64,000 bases of DNA, taken from positions 1,056,001 through 1,120,000 of the forward strand of contig OZ223269.1 of assembly GCA_965140585.1 (NCBI GenBank). The letters are read 5' to 3'. The notes under the pieces were generated by a model. The model worked only from the letters and a program-made list of their open reading frames with translations, was not told the DNA's origin and made no database searches. The number at the start of each line of letters is the position of its first letter. Positions within the stretch are counted from its first letter, which is position 1. This DNA is from Spirochaetia bacterium. Its GTDB lineage: Bacteria; Spirochaetota; Spirochaetia; UBA9216. Shown piece by piece: positions 42,501 through 50,757 of this stretch. Made by a program: the position numbers and the translations under genes.

Positions 42501-45500
42501 AAAAGTAACAAAGATGATTAATCCCAATGCCGGTATGACAGATGCTGGTGATATACATGAGTATGTAACCTGGTACAGATATAATGCTCTTGGACGACTA
42601 AGCGAGATTTCATATCCATACAGGACATCAACTGGGGCTGTTTCAAAAACTATGGATTATAACTACGATACAAATACTCTCACCATCACGGATGAAGAAA
42701 ATAATCAAAGCACCGAAATCTATGATATGAGAGGAAATGTTATAAAGAAAAGTCAGGTTGTTGATGATGAAACAATCATTACTGAATTCTGGTATGACGG
42801 ACTTGGAAATCTGATTGCACAGGAAGGTCCATATCCTGACGCCGTAATAACAAAAAAATATAACAGTCTGAATCAATTAGTAAAACTGAGTATGCCTCTG
42901 AATACATTTTACGAAGGAGGCTCTATTGATACCAGTATCGCAATACGTCCTGTAACCGAATATTTTTATGACAGCAAGGGCAACAATGTTAAAGAAACAA
43001 GGATGTCCTCTGAAGGAATAAGGATCATAAAAAAACAATACGATGAACTTGGAAGAATTATAAAGATAAAGAACTTTCTTGATGATGAACAATTAAATGA
43101 AGAGTTTATCTACTATGACGAAAATGGAAATGTTACACGTAAAATTGATCCGAACGGATGTGAAACATCCTACACTTACACACCTGGGAACAATGTTGAG
43201 ACAGAGACAGATGCAGAACATGGTGTAACAAGCTATGAATACTATGATGACGGACTTGTCAAGTCAGCAGTAGACCCAAGAGGAAACAGCGGTAATTACC
43301 CGTCTCTTGATTTCAAAGTGACTTATGAATATGACAAGCTTAAAAGACTTTCTCGAGTTGAGCTTCCTCCCAAGAATGACGGAGGAGCAAGGACTTCTGT
43401 ATATTTTGAATACGATTTAAGAGGTAATTTAGTAAAGCAGACCGATGTAGACGGTCTTGTTACAGAATATAAGTATACACCTAGACAATGGGTGGAACAG
43501 AAAAGCATAACGGGTGATGGAAAGAGTTACATCACTTCCAATGAATATAACAGAAGAGGTAAACTTAAAAAAATTACTGATCCAAGAAATCAGAGTACAA
43601 ACATGGATTATGATGAACTCGGACGATTGATATATTCAAGAACCTCAGAGAATACAATAAACAGATTTGATTATGATGAAGCAGGGAATATTATTGAAAA
43701 AAAGTGGTATGGTAGAGACGGAATCAATGTAATTCAAATTTCCCAGAAGTTTGAATATGATCCTTACCAAAGACTAATAAAACAATTCGCCCCTGTTAAA
43801 TCTGAAGAAACAAGCGTTATTATTGAAAAAGCATACGGTTATGACAGATTCGGTAATATGAGCTTTGAAACAGATGCGCTTGGAAACAGTATCATATACA
43901 GTTATGACAGTCTGAACCGACTTGTCAGAGAGGAATCAGATGCCGGATTCTTAAAAGAATTTGATTATGATTATGGAGGGAGGCTCATTGAAAATGTTGA
44001 TTCAAACGGTAATAGAAGCATTTATCTCTATGATGATCGCGGACTTCTTTTAAGCAGAAACATCACCGGACCAAATGGAGAAAAATCTGTTACTTTTGCA
44101 TATGATGAAGCAGGCGAGGTAAAATGGTCATCTGATGATGACGTTTTTACCGGGTACAACGGAGCTGTCTCCACATCACCGGAATCCTATCTACCGGATG
44201 TATATGGAAGGATAAATTCAGTTGAAACGAGTATGGATGGTAAATCTTTCAATACATTTTATGAATATAATCCGTCGGATTTGGTGACTGGTATTACATC
44301 CCCTGATGGTGGAAGAGTTGGTTACAATTATAACCTTCTTGGTGAGTTACAATCAATAGAAGGCTATATAGATTCTGCACCCGTATATGATGCCGTAGGC
44401 TTGATAAAATCTATTACTGCATCAAACGGTGTATGCCTTTCACTGGAATATGATGGAGAAAGCCGACTTACGTCGAGGATATTCAGTGGTCAGGAGGCTG
44501 AGTATGTTAAAAAATATTCGCTTGATTATGATGAAGCAGGTAATATTTCTGACCTGATAAAAAATGATTCTGCTTTTGCAAGTACATATAATTATGATCT
44601 GAATAACAGACTATTATCGGATTACCTGAGAGAAGATTTCGCGGTCAATCCTGAAAATACATCTAATCAGGAAACACTTTATATCGAAGCAGATGATGTG
44701 AACGGTCAGAATATACTGGTTGAAACTAAGGGGACAGAAATCTTTCTTGACTATGCAGCTGGAAGTATTGGTGTTGATCTGAACGGAAACTACAAGGTAG
44801 CAAGAATTGAACTTACATCGAAGGATAAAACACGTGTAAAGGCTGAGAACCTGAGGGTATTCGTAAGTGATGACAATACTGAAAACAGTTATGCGGAACA
44901 GAAGGATTTTACCGTCAATGACGCTGAAACCGGCGGATTTGAAATAACACTTAAAAAACTTGTAAAAACCCGCTATATCAAAGTCATGACTGATTTCAAT
45001 GAAAGGGATATTGATTATACCCCTCTTAGAACCTTAAGCGAATTCAAAGGATCTCCGGAAGACATTCTAAAAATATATCATTATGTATCGCTTAGAAATG
45101 AAACATATTCATACGATGATGCAGGCAACAGGACAAGTCTTGATGTCTCATATACCGGAAACAGTACAGACTTTGGAACTATTTCCAATACTTACCTTTA
45201 TTATCCGAAGACAAACCGTCTTATTACGGATGGTAATTACTCCTTTCAGTATGATGCAAACGGGAATATGACAGCAAAAGGAAAATCCCTTATTGTTGAC
45301 AGCATTGTAGTTTCGGTCTCTGCTATGACAGACTGGAGCAGCTTTTCTGACAGCACATCAGGTATAACTTTCTCTGATAGCGATGAATTATGGAATTACA
45401 GCTATGATGTTCTGAACCGTTTAATTCGAGTATCAAAGAACGGGACAATAGTGGCGTCCTATACTTATAATGCTGATGGATTACGTGTTAAAAAAGAAAA

Positions 45501-46560
45501 GGAAGAAAGAACTGACTATTATGTATTCGATCTTAACGGAAATGTCCTCTATGAAGAGAAATTTAATTCTACCTGGTCAAAATATATTTATATAAAAACT
45601 ACGAAATTTGCCCGTGAAGATGGTATAGTAGGAGAAGCAATGAGTAAAAAGTACTATTACCATACAGATCATCTTGGTTCAACAGTCATGATAACAGATG
45701 AAGAAGCTGATGTTATATGGGATTGTGAATATACACCCTTCGGTGAATTAAATAACAAGCAGAATTTTGCAGAGCAAAAAACACAGTTCACAGGAAAAGA
45801 CTTTGATCCTGACACAGGCCTTTATTACTACAATGCCAGATGGTATGACCCGAATCTGGGTAGATTCACTACAGAAGACCCCATAAGAGACGGCCTAAAC
45901 TGGTACATCTACGCTAACAATAATCCGCTGAAGTTTGTTGACCCGACTGGGTTGGCGCCAAGGAATTTATCATACGAGGAACGTAAAGCTTACATAGATA
46001 GTATAAAATCTTGGACTAATAATAATTTGGCTAAAAACTACAGTGATTATCAATGTGCAGGACTGACAACAGTTGTAGCTAATGAAGCAATGAAGGCATC
46101 TACAGGAAACTCAGAGTATTTTAAAGAATTAACTCATAATGGTAATAATCTTACTGACTTAAAAGGGTCTCAACCAATAGCTGCTGATTTTGCCCCAAAT
46201 ACATCTGATGCCAAAAATAATATCTCTTATTATAAAGATGGTTCTGGAAACAACTATACTGATATTAAACAAGCATTTGAAGATGGAATCATTGAGCCTG
46301 GAACTATTGGTGTTTTTGGCTCCAATTCTCCAGATGAATATAGTGGACATGTTTTTACAGTACAGAATATTCGAGAAGAAGACGGTGTTATAACAATGGA
46401 TATTATTGAAGGCCATTCAGCAGAAGGGAGATCTTCAGAAATTTCTAAAAATATAACCATAGATAATTTTCAAGAGTATATCGATAATACTGGTGAATTT
46501 TATGGTTTTGGTGAAATTGGTGTTGGGAGTGCATTAGAACAACCTCCCGAGGGGCCGTAA
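36511..46560 (+). CDS. Signal-peptide RHS/YD-repeat polymorphic toxin: discoidin, Ig-like and FN3 N-terminal region, RHS core, Cys/His amidase-like C-terminal tip
   Basis: Many YD..GR repeats; YYYHTDHLGST, FTGKDFDPDTGLYYYNARWYDPNLGRFTTEDP, NPLKFVDPTG; N-terminal Sec signal ending NIHA. Confidence 0.92.
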   Translation: MSVKMKISGRISIIIVLLFLSLSNIHAAAGNLELSVTGASNNTDVLNPAEYAVDDSILTYWMLYPEETEGWFEITLNELSCIYAIELSGTLDLENIINFEYDSNGIWKSFLNHELTAISSSGEYIDVSAYKIVTDKIRVYLQGEDTSYSNIEDLKVFGESFSDTYHKFNIKNISGEENIFHPLSNLSDENTKTYWETESIGNWVINLLRGARNWITECFENGNFNFRNQDTMWKNENGAVISLQSSSKIYRIKAYLSEDYTGDARINYLADGEWTEITVIEEENITPGWHIIDIPYGLEADSIQLISDKTSSTGSWWSWLFGSDSSEISGLCEIEFWGKSYSPVTEALAFFIEDTDLNSGLNGIFDASISDNYKVEFILNVNSGNCIIAEINGNQIQVPLLKETDGAFFYQVKIDNDLLWNGDNFLRLESLDNHLIRGSISGISRTGILNNIGVPDYFTADSTGYYEIDLNSEISLEEVLLTTNNIFNERIFYRSENQWFELTWSALTSHTLKYSVYLSESGNNVNLSADCIRIEGLTSGTQYGVTVKGSRITDSAPQIQMYWPKNGEVIEQSKLGTMFAVGYVDDENAVISLNDEEAQNIGNLFWIANMPGNIITDGEYALHISATDLEGRTTEKTIYWSNIDSNVYSCDLSEEIIYTLDDTIKVEGRTNPSASVYINEEIVDGSSRLYSKDVELIPGLNIITIKFVHRTQGIFALLQRRVFLVTTEPVLEISKPDDIDYTSAQQIDLTGILSVAGAYEIECEDYEVQDDGTLFTVASVSLVSGVNNNIIVTLTDQFGRTSTDSVSVFCDVNTPVLTGLSPERGSILSESVNTFVITVSDESELSVFMNGLVVPGGSGIFEKTISLSDGFYSLPLVLKDQAGNTRQDYLDYTVDTVPPVDFTVDVTPAGWTSDNHPVISFKTTDATSGIDYYEISIDEGSYYVIKSPYQLPVQDEGEHTIAVRAVDKAGHMTYSYAETKTDTILPEALTTFDIIPGNAELNLYWSDGESDVISYEIIRSPQWDDGEQLCISRREDNQVFTDTEVLNGFEYSYKVRAVDRAENKSGFTATINAVPGIETQVIPDSGKVKAEYETSVLFINTESLPPDAQSIRIAELAPDWIEAEALNFEHTFVGSVYDFTLLDSNDEETSPGILFSESYIGVLDYDPSLLPSGYSEENISVYSFDKRWGRWSKLKNCAVDPENNKVVFSSNHFSLYTPVADSVEDISPEEIADSGYSPFGTYVNHEGFTVSPQGGNAHTSVTELVLSGPNGFDFELKRYYDLSVAKSDTHADVPVDVVKYLENQGDYAYSMGNGWRLNLPYIKNASAQQYLIMPDGSMFGFKSLQLTNTPAKSDKRSLILESHSGEHFSLLVTQTENDKEVYFIGAGGSSEQSWISTSYTLTLTDGKQYIFDGKGRTTEIKSSDEEFSISVSYASGSYEIDKISDSVGRYLSFEYAETSDSIDMPYIKKISLDSADPYRRSISYTQENGYLISSIDTGGRNWSYGYGNEYYVGGPKNPVPFSLTEALKEFNDDTDLYDIISNLAEPVSEYTYKPLSTIEGPGMGRIEATYDTVHPSDDENAYCRVLTKQVTVYNDYAAGSDDSVRATMYDYDFTDADSDYGYYISKSIVDELNHNRYIAYNYEFKKLTKTYWSEEDGIITSETIEDDENSGSRFNNEKWYEKINNSSSNLKLLKTKTKSYAEETDVNPSSEKITHGLGNDSITTNYTYDDWGNRTVIEETSVAGSRVRKNITYRDYSSGESASGASYKEYSESGLINENVPARIKNLVIKEQVTNYTPLIDSLGTGGNNAGTAVKAYNYYSYDDKGRLNGKSVWDSSNNVWNKTLYTWNSAGDLSSITDSENHVTSFTYDANHYILTKTEKAVTDADGNPTDIKWQYKYNYAGWLISETDPRQKTTTTAFDKLGRVVSKTEPGDAGDNYIINVFYNDIPGLLYSTMTDSLGRKIVREYNDLSQMVKQSSYLDSATASVIELGYDRFGKVTKMINPNAGMTDAGDIHEYVTWYRYNALGRLSEISYPYRTSTGAVSKTMDYNYDTNTLTITDEENNQSTEIYDMRGNVIKKSQVVDDETIITEFWYDGLGNLIAQEGPYPDAVITKKYNSLNQLVKLSMPLNTFYEGGSIDTSIAIRPVTEYFYDSKGNNVKETRMSSEGIRIIKKQYDELGRIIKIKNFLDDEQLNEEFIYYDENGNVTRKIDPNGCETSYTYTPGNNVETETDAEHGVTSYEYYDDGLVKSAVDPRGNSGNYPSLDFKVTYEYDKLKRLSRVELPPKNDGGARTSVYFEYDLRGNLVKQTDVDGLVTEYKYTPRQWVEQKSITGDGKSYITSNEYNRRGKLKKITDPRNQSTNMDYDELGRLIYSRTSENTINRFDYDEAGNIIEKKWYGRDGINVIQISQKFEYDPYQRLIKQFAPVKSEETSVIIEKAYGYDRFGNMSFETDALGNSIIYSYDSLNRLVREESDAGFLKEFDYDYGGRLIENVDSNGNRSIYLYDDRGLLLSRNITGPNGEKSVTFAYDEAGEVKWSSDDDVFTGYNGAVSTSPESYLPDVYGRINSVETSMDGKSFNTFYEYNPSDLVTGITSPDGGRVGYNYNLLGELQSIEGYIDSAPVYDAVGLIKSITASNGVCLSLEYDGESRLTSRIFSGQEAEYVKKYSLDYDEAGNISDLIKNDSAFASTYNYDLNNRLLSDYLREDFAVNPENTSNQETLYIEADDVNGQNILVETKGTEIFLDYAAGSIGVDLNGNYKVARIELTSKDKTRVKAENLRVFVSDDNTENSYAEQKDFTVNDAETGGFEITLKKLVKTRYIKVMTDFNERDIDYTPLRTLSEFKGSPEDILKIYHYVSLRNETYSYDDAGNRTSLDVSYTGNSTDFGTISNTYLYYPKTNRLITDGNYSFQYDANGNMTAKGKSLIVDSIVVSVSAMTDWSSFSDSTSGITFSDSDELWNYSYDVLNRLIRVSKNGTIVASYTYNADGLRVKKEKEERTDYYVFDLNGNVLYEEKFNSTWSKYIYIKTTKFAREDGIVGEAMSKKYYYHTDHLGSTVMITDEEADVIWDCEYTPFGELNNKQNFAEQKTQFTGKDFDPDTGLYYYNARWYDPNLGRFTTEDPIRDGLNWYIYANNNPLKFVDPTGLAPRNLSYEERKAYIDSIKSWTNNNLAKNYSDYQCAGLTTVVANEAMKASTGNSEYFKELTHNGNNLTDLKGSQPIAADFAPNTSDAKNNISYYKDGSGNNYTDIKQAFEDGIIEPGTIGVFGSNSPDEYSGHVFTVQNIREEDGVITMDIIEGHSAEGRSSEISKNITIDNFQEYIDNTGEFYGFGEIGVGSALEQPPEGP

Positions 46561-46562
46561 AT

Positions 46563-47273
46563 ATGAAATTAAAAATTATTTTAATTATTTTTCTTTTTAA
46601 TATTTCTTTAGCTTATAGTGATGAAATCATAGATTATAAAAATACGGATACTGTCTATTGTGAATCTATTATCAAATGTGGCCCAGATTATCTGGGCATA
46701 TATTCATATGGCAAGGAAAATGAGGAGAAAAATAAGTATAAATCATTAGTAATCGCTTTCGATAAAGATAAAAATGTCTTTGATTCTGAAATGATCACTT
46801 ATATGAGGGATGACCAAAACTATATCTTTACTAATGATAAATATATAATTTTGAGAATACACTTCCCTAATACTTCTACTCCTCATTTCTTGATATTCTC
46901 ATCGGAGACACAAAAAATCTCTGTAATATCTTCTGAATTACCTTGGGTTGCACAATTTTTCGTTTATAAAAATATACTTTACTATTCTTCTTATAAAGGG
47001 GCACCAAATATTAATTATATAGATTTAAATACTGGTATGAGATTTAAATATAAAGATTTTTATATCCCAGGTGCGAGTTTTGTTGTTGAAGACAATGAAG
47101 TATATGCTGTATGCAATAGTAGATATCCAAAGACAGCATTTTTAATAGATGAAGATGGTATTAAGAAAGTTGATAAGTCTTTTGAGACTAACTATAACAA
47201 CATTCGATTAGATGAATATGTAGTTGAAGAATATATCCCTTTTGAAGAATTAAGGTATAAACCTTCTTTATAA
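46563..47273 (+). CDS. Exported protein, putative cognate immunity protein
   Basis: Starts 2 nt after the RHS stop; signal peptide MKLKIILIIFLFNISLAYS; very AT-rich like the tip. Confidence 0.65.
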   Translation: MKLKIILIIFLFNISLAYSDEIIDYKNTDTVYCESIIKCGPDYLGIYSYGKENEEKNKYKSLVIAFDKDKNVFDSEMITYMRDDQNYIFTNDKYIILRIHFPNTSTPHFLIFSSETQKISVISSELPWVAQFFVYKNILYYSSYKGAPNINYIDLNTGMRFKYKDFYIPGASFVVEDNEVYAVCNSRYPKTAFLIDEDGIKKVDKSFETNYNNIRLDEYVVEEYIPFEELRYKPSL

Positions 47274-47280
47274 TAATAAT

Positions 47281-47670
47281 TCTCCCGCCCACAAATTTCG
47301 TCTAACGCCCGTTAGACGAACCCGAAAGGGCGGCGAGGGGAAATGCAATGCCGGCAGATTTTGTAACAACGGGTTGTTGTACGAAGTCTGCCGGTTAATT
47401 ATATAAACCACCTTACAGATTTAATGTATCAAAAACGGTTAGAGCTCCGGGCCTGAACGTGCAGTTTCCCGAGCCGGTTTTGGGCGGGAGAGAGAAGATA
47501 CGCTTCATGTTGGGAGCAAATAAAGGTTGCAAGGGTACGCTGCGGTTTTCCCCCCTTGGCCGCCCCCCAGACCCCCTGCTTACCCCCCTTTCCCTGCTTA
47601 GGTACCGGGTTTGACCCGGGGGGCTCAAAAGGGGTGACAACCTCCGCCGGGCTCCGCCTTGCCCTTGCAA
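47281..47670. repeat. GC-rich, palindrome-dense non-coding region
   Basis: IRs TCTCCCGCCCA/TGGGCGGGAGA, TTCGTCTAACG/CGTTAGACGAA, CCGGCAGA/TCTGCCGG, TTGCAAGGG/CCCTTGCAA; five C-runs. Confidence 0.65.
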
Positions 47671-47741
47671 GAGATTAATAGTTACTGATGTTTTGTTCAA
47701 ATAAAAAGAATCTGATGTTCTTCGAGAAAGCTGTGATCTTT

Positions 47742-48020
47742 CTAGAGAAGCTGTAAAAAGCGTGATGCAGGACCCTGCGGTTTATTACGCCCAGATTCCC
47801 AGGCTTCAACAGTTTTGATAGATAATCCAATAGCTTCAGCGATAATCATCTGAGACAGATTCAGAGATTCTCTGATTTTTTTGATTTTCGTCGCGTTATA
47901 TTCAGGAACAGGAGAAACTGTAACTTTACGTCTTTTAACGTTTTTAAGATTACCATTGCTCACTTCAAGAGCCTCATTTAATCCGGTCATAATAGAGTTG
48001 AAATATGTATTCTTTTTCAT
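47742..48020 (-). CDS. HigA-like HTH antitoxin, possibly shortened by a premature stop
   Basis: FNSIMTGLNEAL...IKKIRESLNLSQ...TVEAWESGRNKPQGPASR; the frame continues KDHSFLEEHQILFI after the TAG. Confidence 0.8.
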   Translation of the reverse strand: MKKNTYFNSIMTGLNEALEVSNGNLKNVKRRKVTVSPVPEYNATKIKKIRESLNLSQMIIAEAIGLSIKTVEAWESGRNKPQGPASRFLQLL

Positions 48021-48180
48021 TTTTGGCCTCCCTGCTTTCTCAGGTTTGCTTTTATTTGTTCGATAACAGACTTAATCTGTTTCTTTTCACCCTGTGATAA
48101 ACTTTCCTGCACATTCTTTTTGAAGCATGCAATCATGTAGATTTGTTCGAAGTAGGCAAAATCAACATGAAGAAATCTAT
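48017..48180 (-). pseudogene. 3' remnant of a RelE/HigB-like toxin gene
   Basis: Manual translation RFLHVDFAYFEQIYMIACFKKNVQESLSQGEKKQIKSVIEQIKANLRKQGGQK*; TGA overlaps the antitoxin ATG; 5' half absent. Confidence 0.72.
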
Positions 48181-48190
48181 TTTCCGCAAC

Positions 48191-49243
48191 TCAAAAACAC
48201 CGTCCGTATTTTTCCTTGGCACAGAAACCCAGATCACACTTATAACAAATCTCGTTAACCAGCGGCTTATCTTCTGCAAAGGCTTTAATATTTTCAAGCG
48301 TGGTTTCTGCTATATTGTTCAGCGCCTCACCGGTAAAAAAAGCCTGGTGAGATGTAATAAGCACATTATGGAATGTCATTAGCCTGGCCAGGATATCATC
48401 TTCAATTGTTGCAGAGGAATAATCTTCAAAAAAATAGTCTGCCTCCTCTTCATAGACATCGAGACCGGCAGAACCAATCCTTCCTGATTTTAATCCTTCA
48501 ATTAGATCTGCAGAGTTAACAAGGCTTCCGCGTCCTGTATTGATTATCATAACTCCAGGTTTCATGGTCTCGATAGATTTTGTATTTATCATATGCCTTG
48601 TTTCGGCTGTAAGGGGACAGTGCAGTGAAATGATATCCGAGCTCTTATACAGGGTCTGCAGATCAACATATTCGACGTCATACTTATCTGAAAACTCTTT
48701 ATCATGATAACTGTCAAAAGCCATTATTTTCATTCCGAATCCATGTAGAATTTTTATTAGTATCCGGCCGATTTTTCCAGTTCCAATAACTCCGGCTGTT
48801 TTACCGTTCATATCAAATCCCAGCAGACCGTCTATGTTGAAATTGTTATCACGCACTCGATAATAAGCCCTGTGTGTTTTTCTGTTCAAGGCAAGCATTA
48901 AGGCGACTGCATGCTCAGCTACCGCATATGGTGAGTAAGCGGGAACCCTTAAAACATGTATACGCTTGAAAACAGCCTTAAGATCTACATTATTATAGCC
49001 TGCGGATCTTAAGACTATAAGTTTAATTCGGTTATCAGCTAAAATATCTGCAACTTCACTGGATATTTCATCGTTTACAAAAGCACAAACGACATCGTAA
49101 CCTTTAGAAAGCGCTGCGGTATTACGATTCAGTCTTGTTTTCAGGTATGTCAAATCAAAACCATAGAATTTGTTTGTTCGGTCGAAGGAAAGTTCATCAT
49201 AGGGCTTAGAATCATAAAAAATCACTTTCATATTCATATGCAA
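48191..49243 (-). CDS. ldhA: D-lactate dehydrogenase (D-2-hydroxyacid dehydrogenase)
   Basis: LRSAGYNNVD, VPAYSPYAVAEH, GTGKIG, SLHCPL, INTGRG, LDVYEEE, TSHQAFFT. Confidence 0.92.
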   Translation of the reverse strand: MHMNMKVIFYDSKPYDELSFDRTNKFYGFDLTYLKTRLNRNTAALSKGYDVVCAFVNDEISSEVADILADNRIKLIVLRSAGYNNVDLKAVFKRIHVLRVPAYSPYAVAEHAVALMLALNRKTHRAYYRVRDNNFNIDGLLGFDMNGKTAGVIGTGKIGRILIKILHGFGMKIMAFDSYHDKEFSDKYDVEYVDLQTLYKSSDIISLHCPLTAETRHMINTKSIETMKPGVMIINTGRGSLVNSADLIEGLKSGRIGSAGLDVYEEEADYFFEDYSSATIEDDILARLMTFHNVLITSHQAFFTGEALNNIAETTLENIKAFAEDKPLVNEICYKCDLGFCAKEKYGRCF

Positions 49244-49301
49244 CTCCGTAATAAATATTATTATTTATTGCACAAGAATCAAGAAAAGTATGAGTCAAAA
49301 A

Positions 49302-49350
49302 AAATAGACTTACATAAAGCATCATCACAATACCTTACATAAGTCTATTT
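49302..49350 (-). terminator. Terminator downstream of ssrA
   Basis: AAATAGACTTA...TAAGTCTATTT inverted repeat with an adjacent A-tract. Confidence 0.5.
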
Positions 49351-49352
49351 CA

Positions 49353-49713
49353 TGGAGGTGGCGGGAATCGAACCCGCGTCCTAATGGGCCCGCCGTAAAC
49401 GTCTACAAGCTTAGTTTCTTCTTAGTTTTTTCGAACGAAGCACGGTGAAAAAACGAACCAACTTCATCTATATTCCGCAAAAATGTCCCTGCTAAAGTAC
49501 AGACCCGATAACAGGTAAGCCCCGGTTTCTTTCAGGAGCAACCGGTCTTAGGAGCAGCATCCCGGTGTCCCGCGCTGCGTTAATTAAGCAGCTAAAGCGT
49601 AATCAGCTTCGAAATTATCTTCGGCAATTACATTTAGGTTCCAGTTTAAAGAGTTAGAGCTCTGCCTGCAGTCTACAACGATGACATCCACCAGTCGAAA
49701 CCAGTGCACCCCC
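49353..49713 (-). ncRNA. ssrA: tmRNA, tag peptide (A)AEDNFEADYALAA
   Basis: 5' GGGGGTGCACTGGTTTCGAC; 3' GACGCGGGTTCGATTCCCGCCACCTCCA; tag frame 49625-49584 ending ALAA-TAA; smpB nearby. Confidence 0.96.
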
Positions 49714-49767
49714 GTTTATAGTAGGATGATAATACTTAAAATAGGGTGGAAAATCAAGTAAAAACTT

Positions 49768-50736
49768 GTGTTAAAGCAGGACAGCATTCATAATAAATAT
49801 ATGAATGAACTCCTGCCAAGAATAATTCCAATTTTTCTGTTAATCCTTGCCGGTTATCTGTTAAAGCGGACATCAATTATCAGTGATAACAATCTTAAGT
49901 TTTTAAAGACGATGACTGTCACTTTGTTTCTTCCGTGCAGTCTTTTTCTGGCATTCACGTCCATTAATCTTTCAGTCAATTATCTAATGCTTTTCATTTT
50001 AACTCTTGTTTTTATGATTATTCTATTTGCAGCTGGAAGGCTTCTGAAAATGACAAGACTTTTCAGCAGGATTTATACTGCCGAGTTTTTCACCGGTTTT
50101 GAATTCGGAATGGTTGGAGTTGCACTTTTCAGTGCCGTATTCGGAGCTGAAGGGCTAGCTGTAATTTCACTTGTCGGCCTGGGACATGAACTTTTTATAT
50201 GGTTTATTTATCTTCCTTTTCTTAAGTCTCATTCCGAAGGCAAACCAGGAATTGCAGCCTCACTGGCCGGTTTTATAAAATCACCCATTATAATCGCAAT
50301 ACTTATTGCAGTCATACTTAATGTCTTTAATCTGAAACCTTCTTTTATATACGGTTCCGGCGTTATTACAGCCGTAACCTGGCTCTCTCAGGCAACAGTT
50401 CCGGTGGTTCTGCTGATAGTAGGGGCAGGTATAAATCTTCATAATATTGAATTCGGCAGGAGTTTTATTTTCACAATTACAAGGCTGGTAATAGTTCTAC
50501 TGCTGGGATATGTCTTCTATTTCATTCTGATAAAAATAATACCGGAACTTCCTGAACTGTTTTTCTATGCATGGTTCACCTTTGTACTTCTGCCTCCTCC
50601 TTTTATCATACCGATATATATTGGAGCAGAGCATAAAGAGGATATGAATTTCTTCTCGAATACAATTATTTTGTATACTCTGACGGGTCTTATTCTTTTT
50701 GTAATTTTTCTGATGATTTTTCCGCCTGCAGTATAA
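49768..50736 (+). CDS. AEC (auxin efflux carrier) family transporter
   Basis: IIPIFLLILAGYLLK, FLPCSLF, IKSPIIIAIL; about 10 TM segments. Confidence 0.75.
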   Translation: MLKQDSIHNKYMNELLPRIIPIFLLILAGYLLKRTSIISDNNLKFLKTMTVTLFLPCSLFLAFTSINLSVNYLMLFILTLVFMIILFAAGRLLKMTRLFSRIYTAEFFTGFEFGMVGVALFSAVFGAEGLAVISLVGLGHELFIWFIYLPFLKSHSEGKPGIAASLAGFIKSPIIIAILIAVILNVFNLKPSFIYGSGVITAVTWLSQATVPVVLLIVGAGINLHNIEFGRSFIFTITRLVIVLLLGYVFYFILIKIIPELPELFFYAWFTFVLLPPPFIIPIYIGAEHKEDMNFFSNTIILYTLTGLILFVIFLMIFPPAV

Positions 50737-50757
50737 GCAACATACCTGATGTGTGCT

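Noticed and set aside
47413-47700. 95-aa - strand ORF
   Set aside because: A by-product of the GC-rich palindromic region; low-complexity translation with no recognisable motifs
49353-49400. ssrA 3' end as the integration site of the island
   Set aside because: ldhA lies between ssrA and the island, no integrase is present, and I saw no duplicated ssrA 3' end at the left edge
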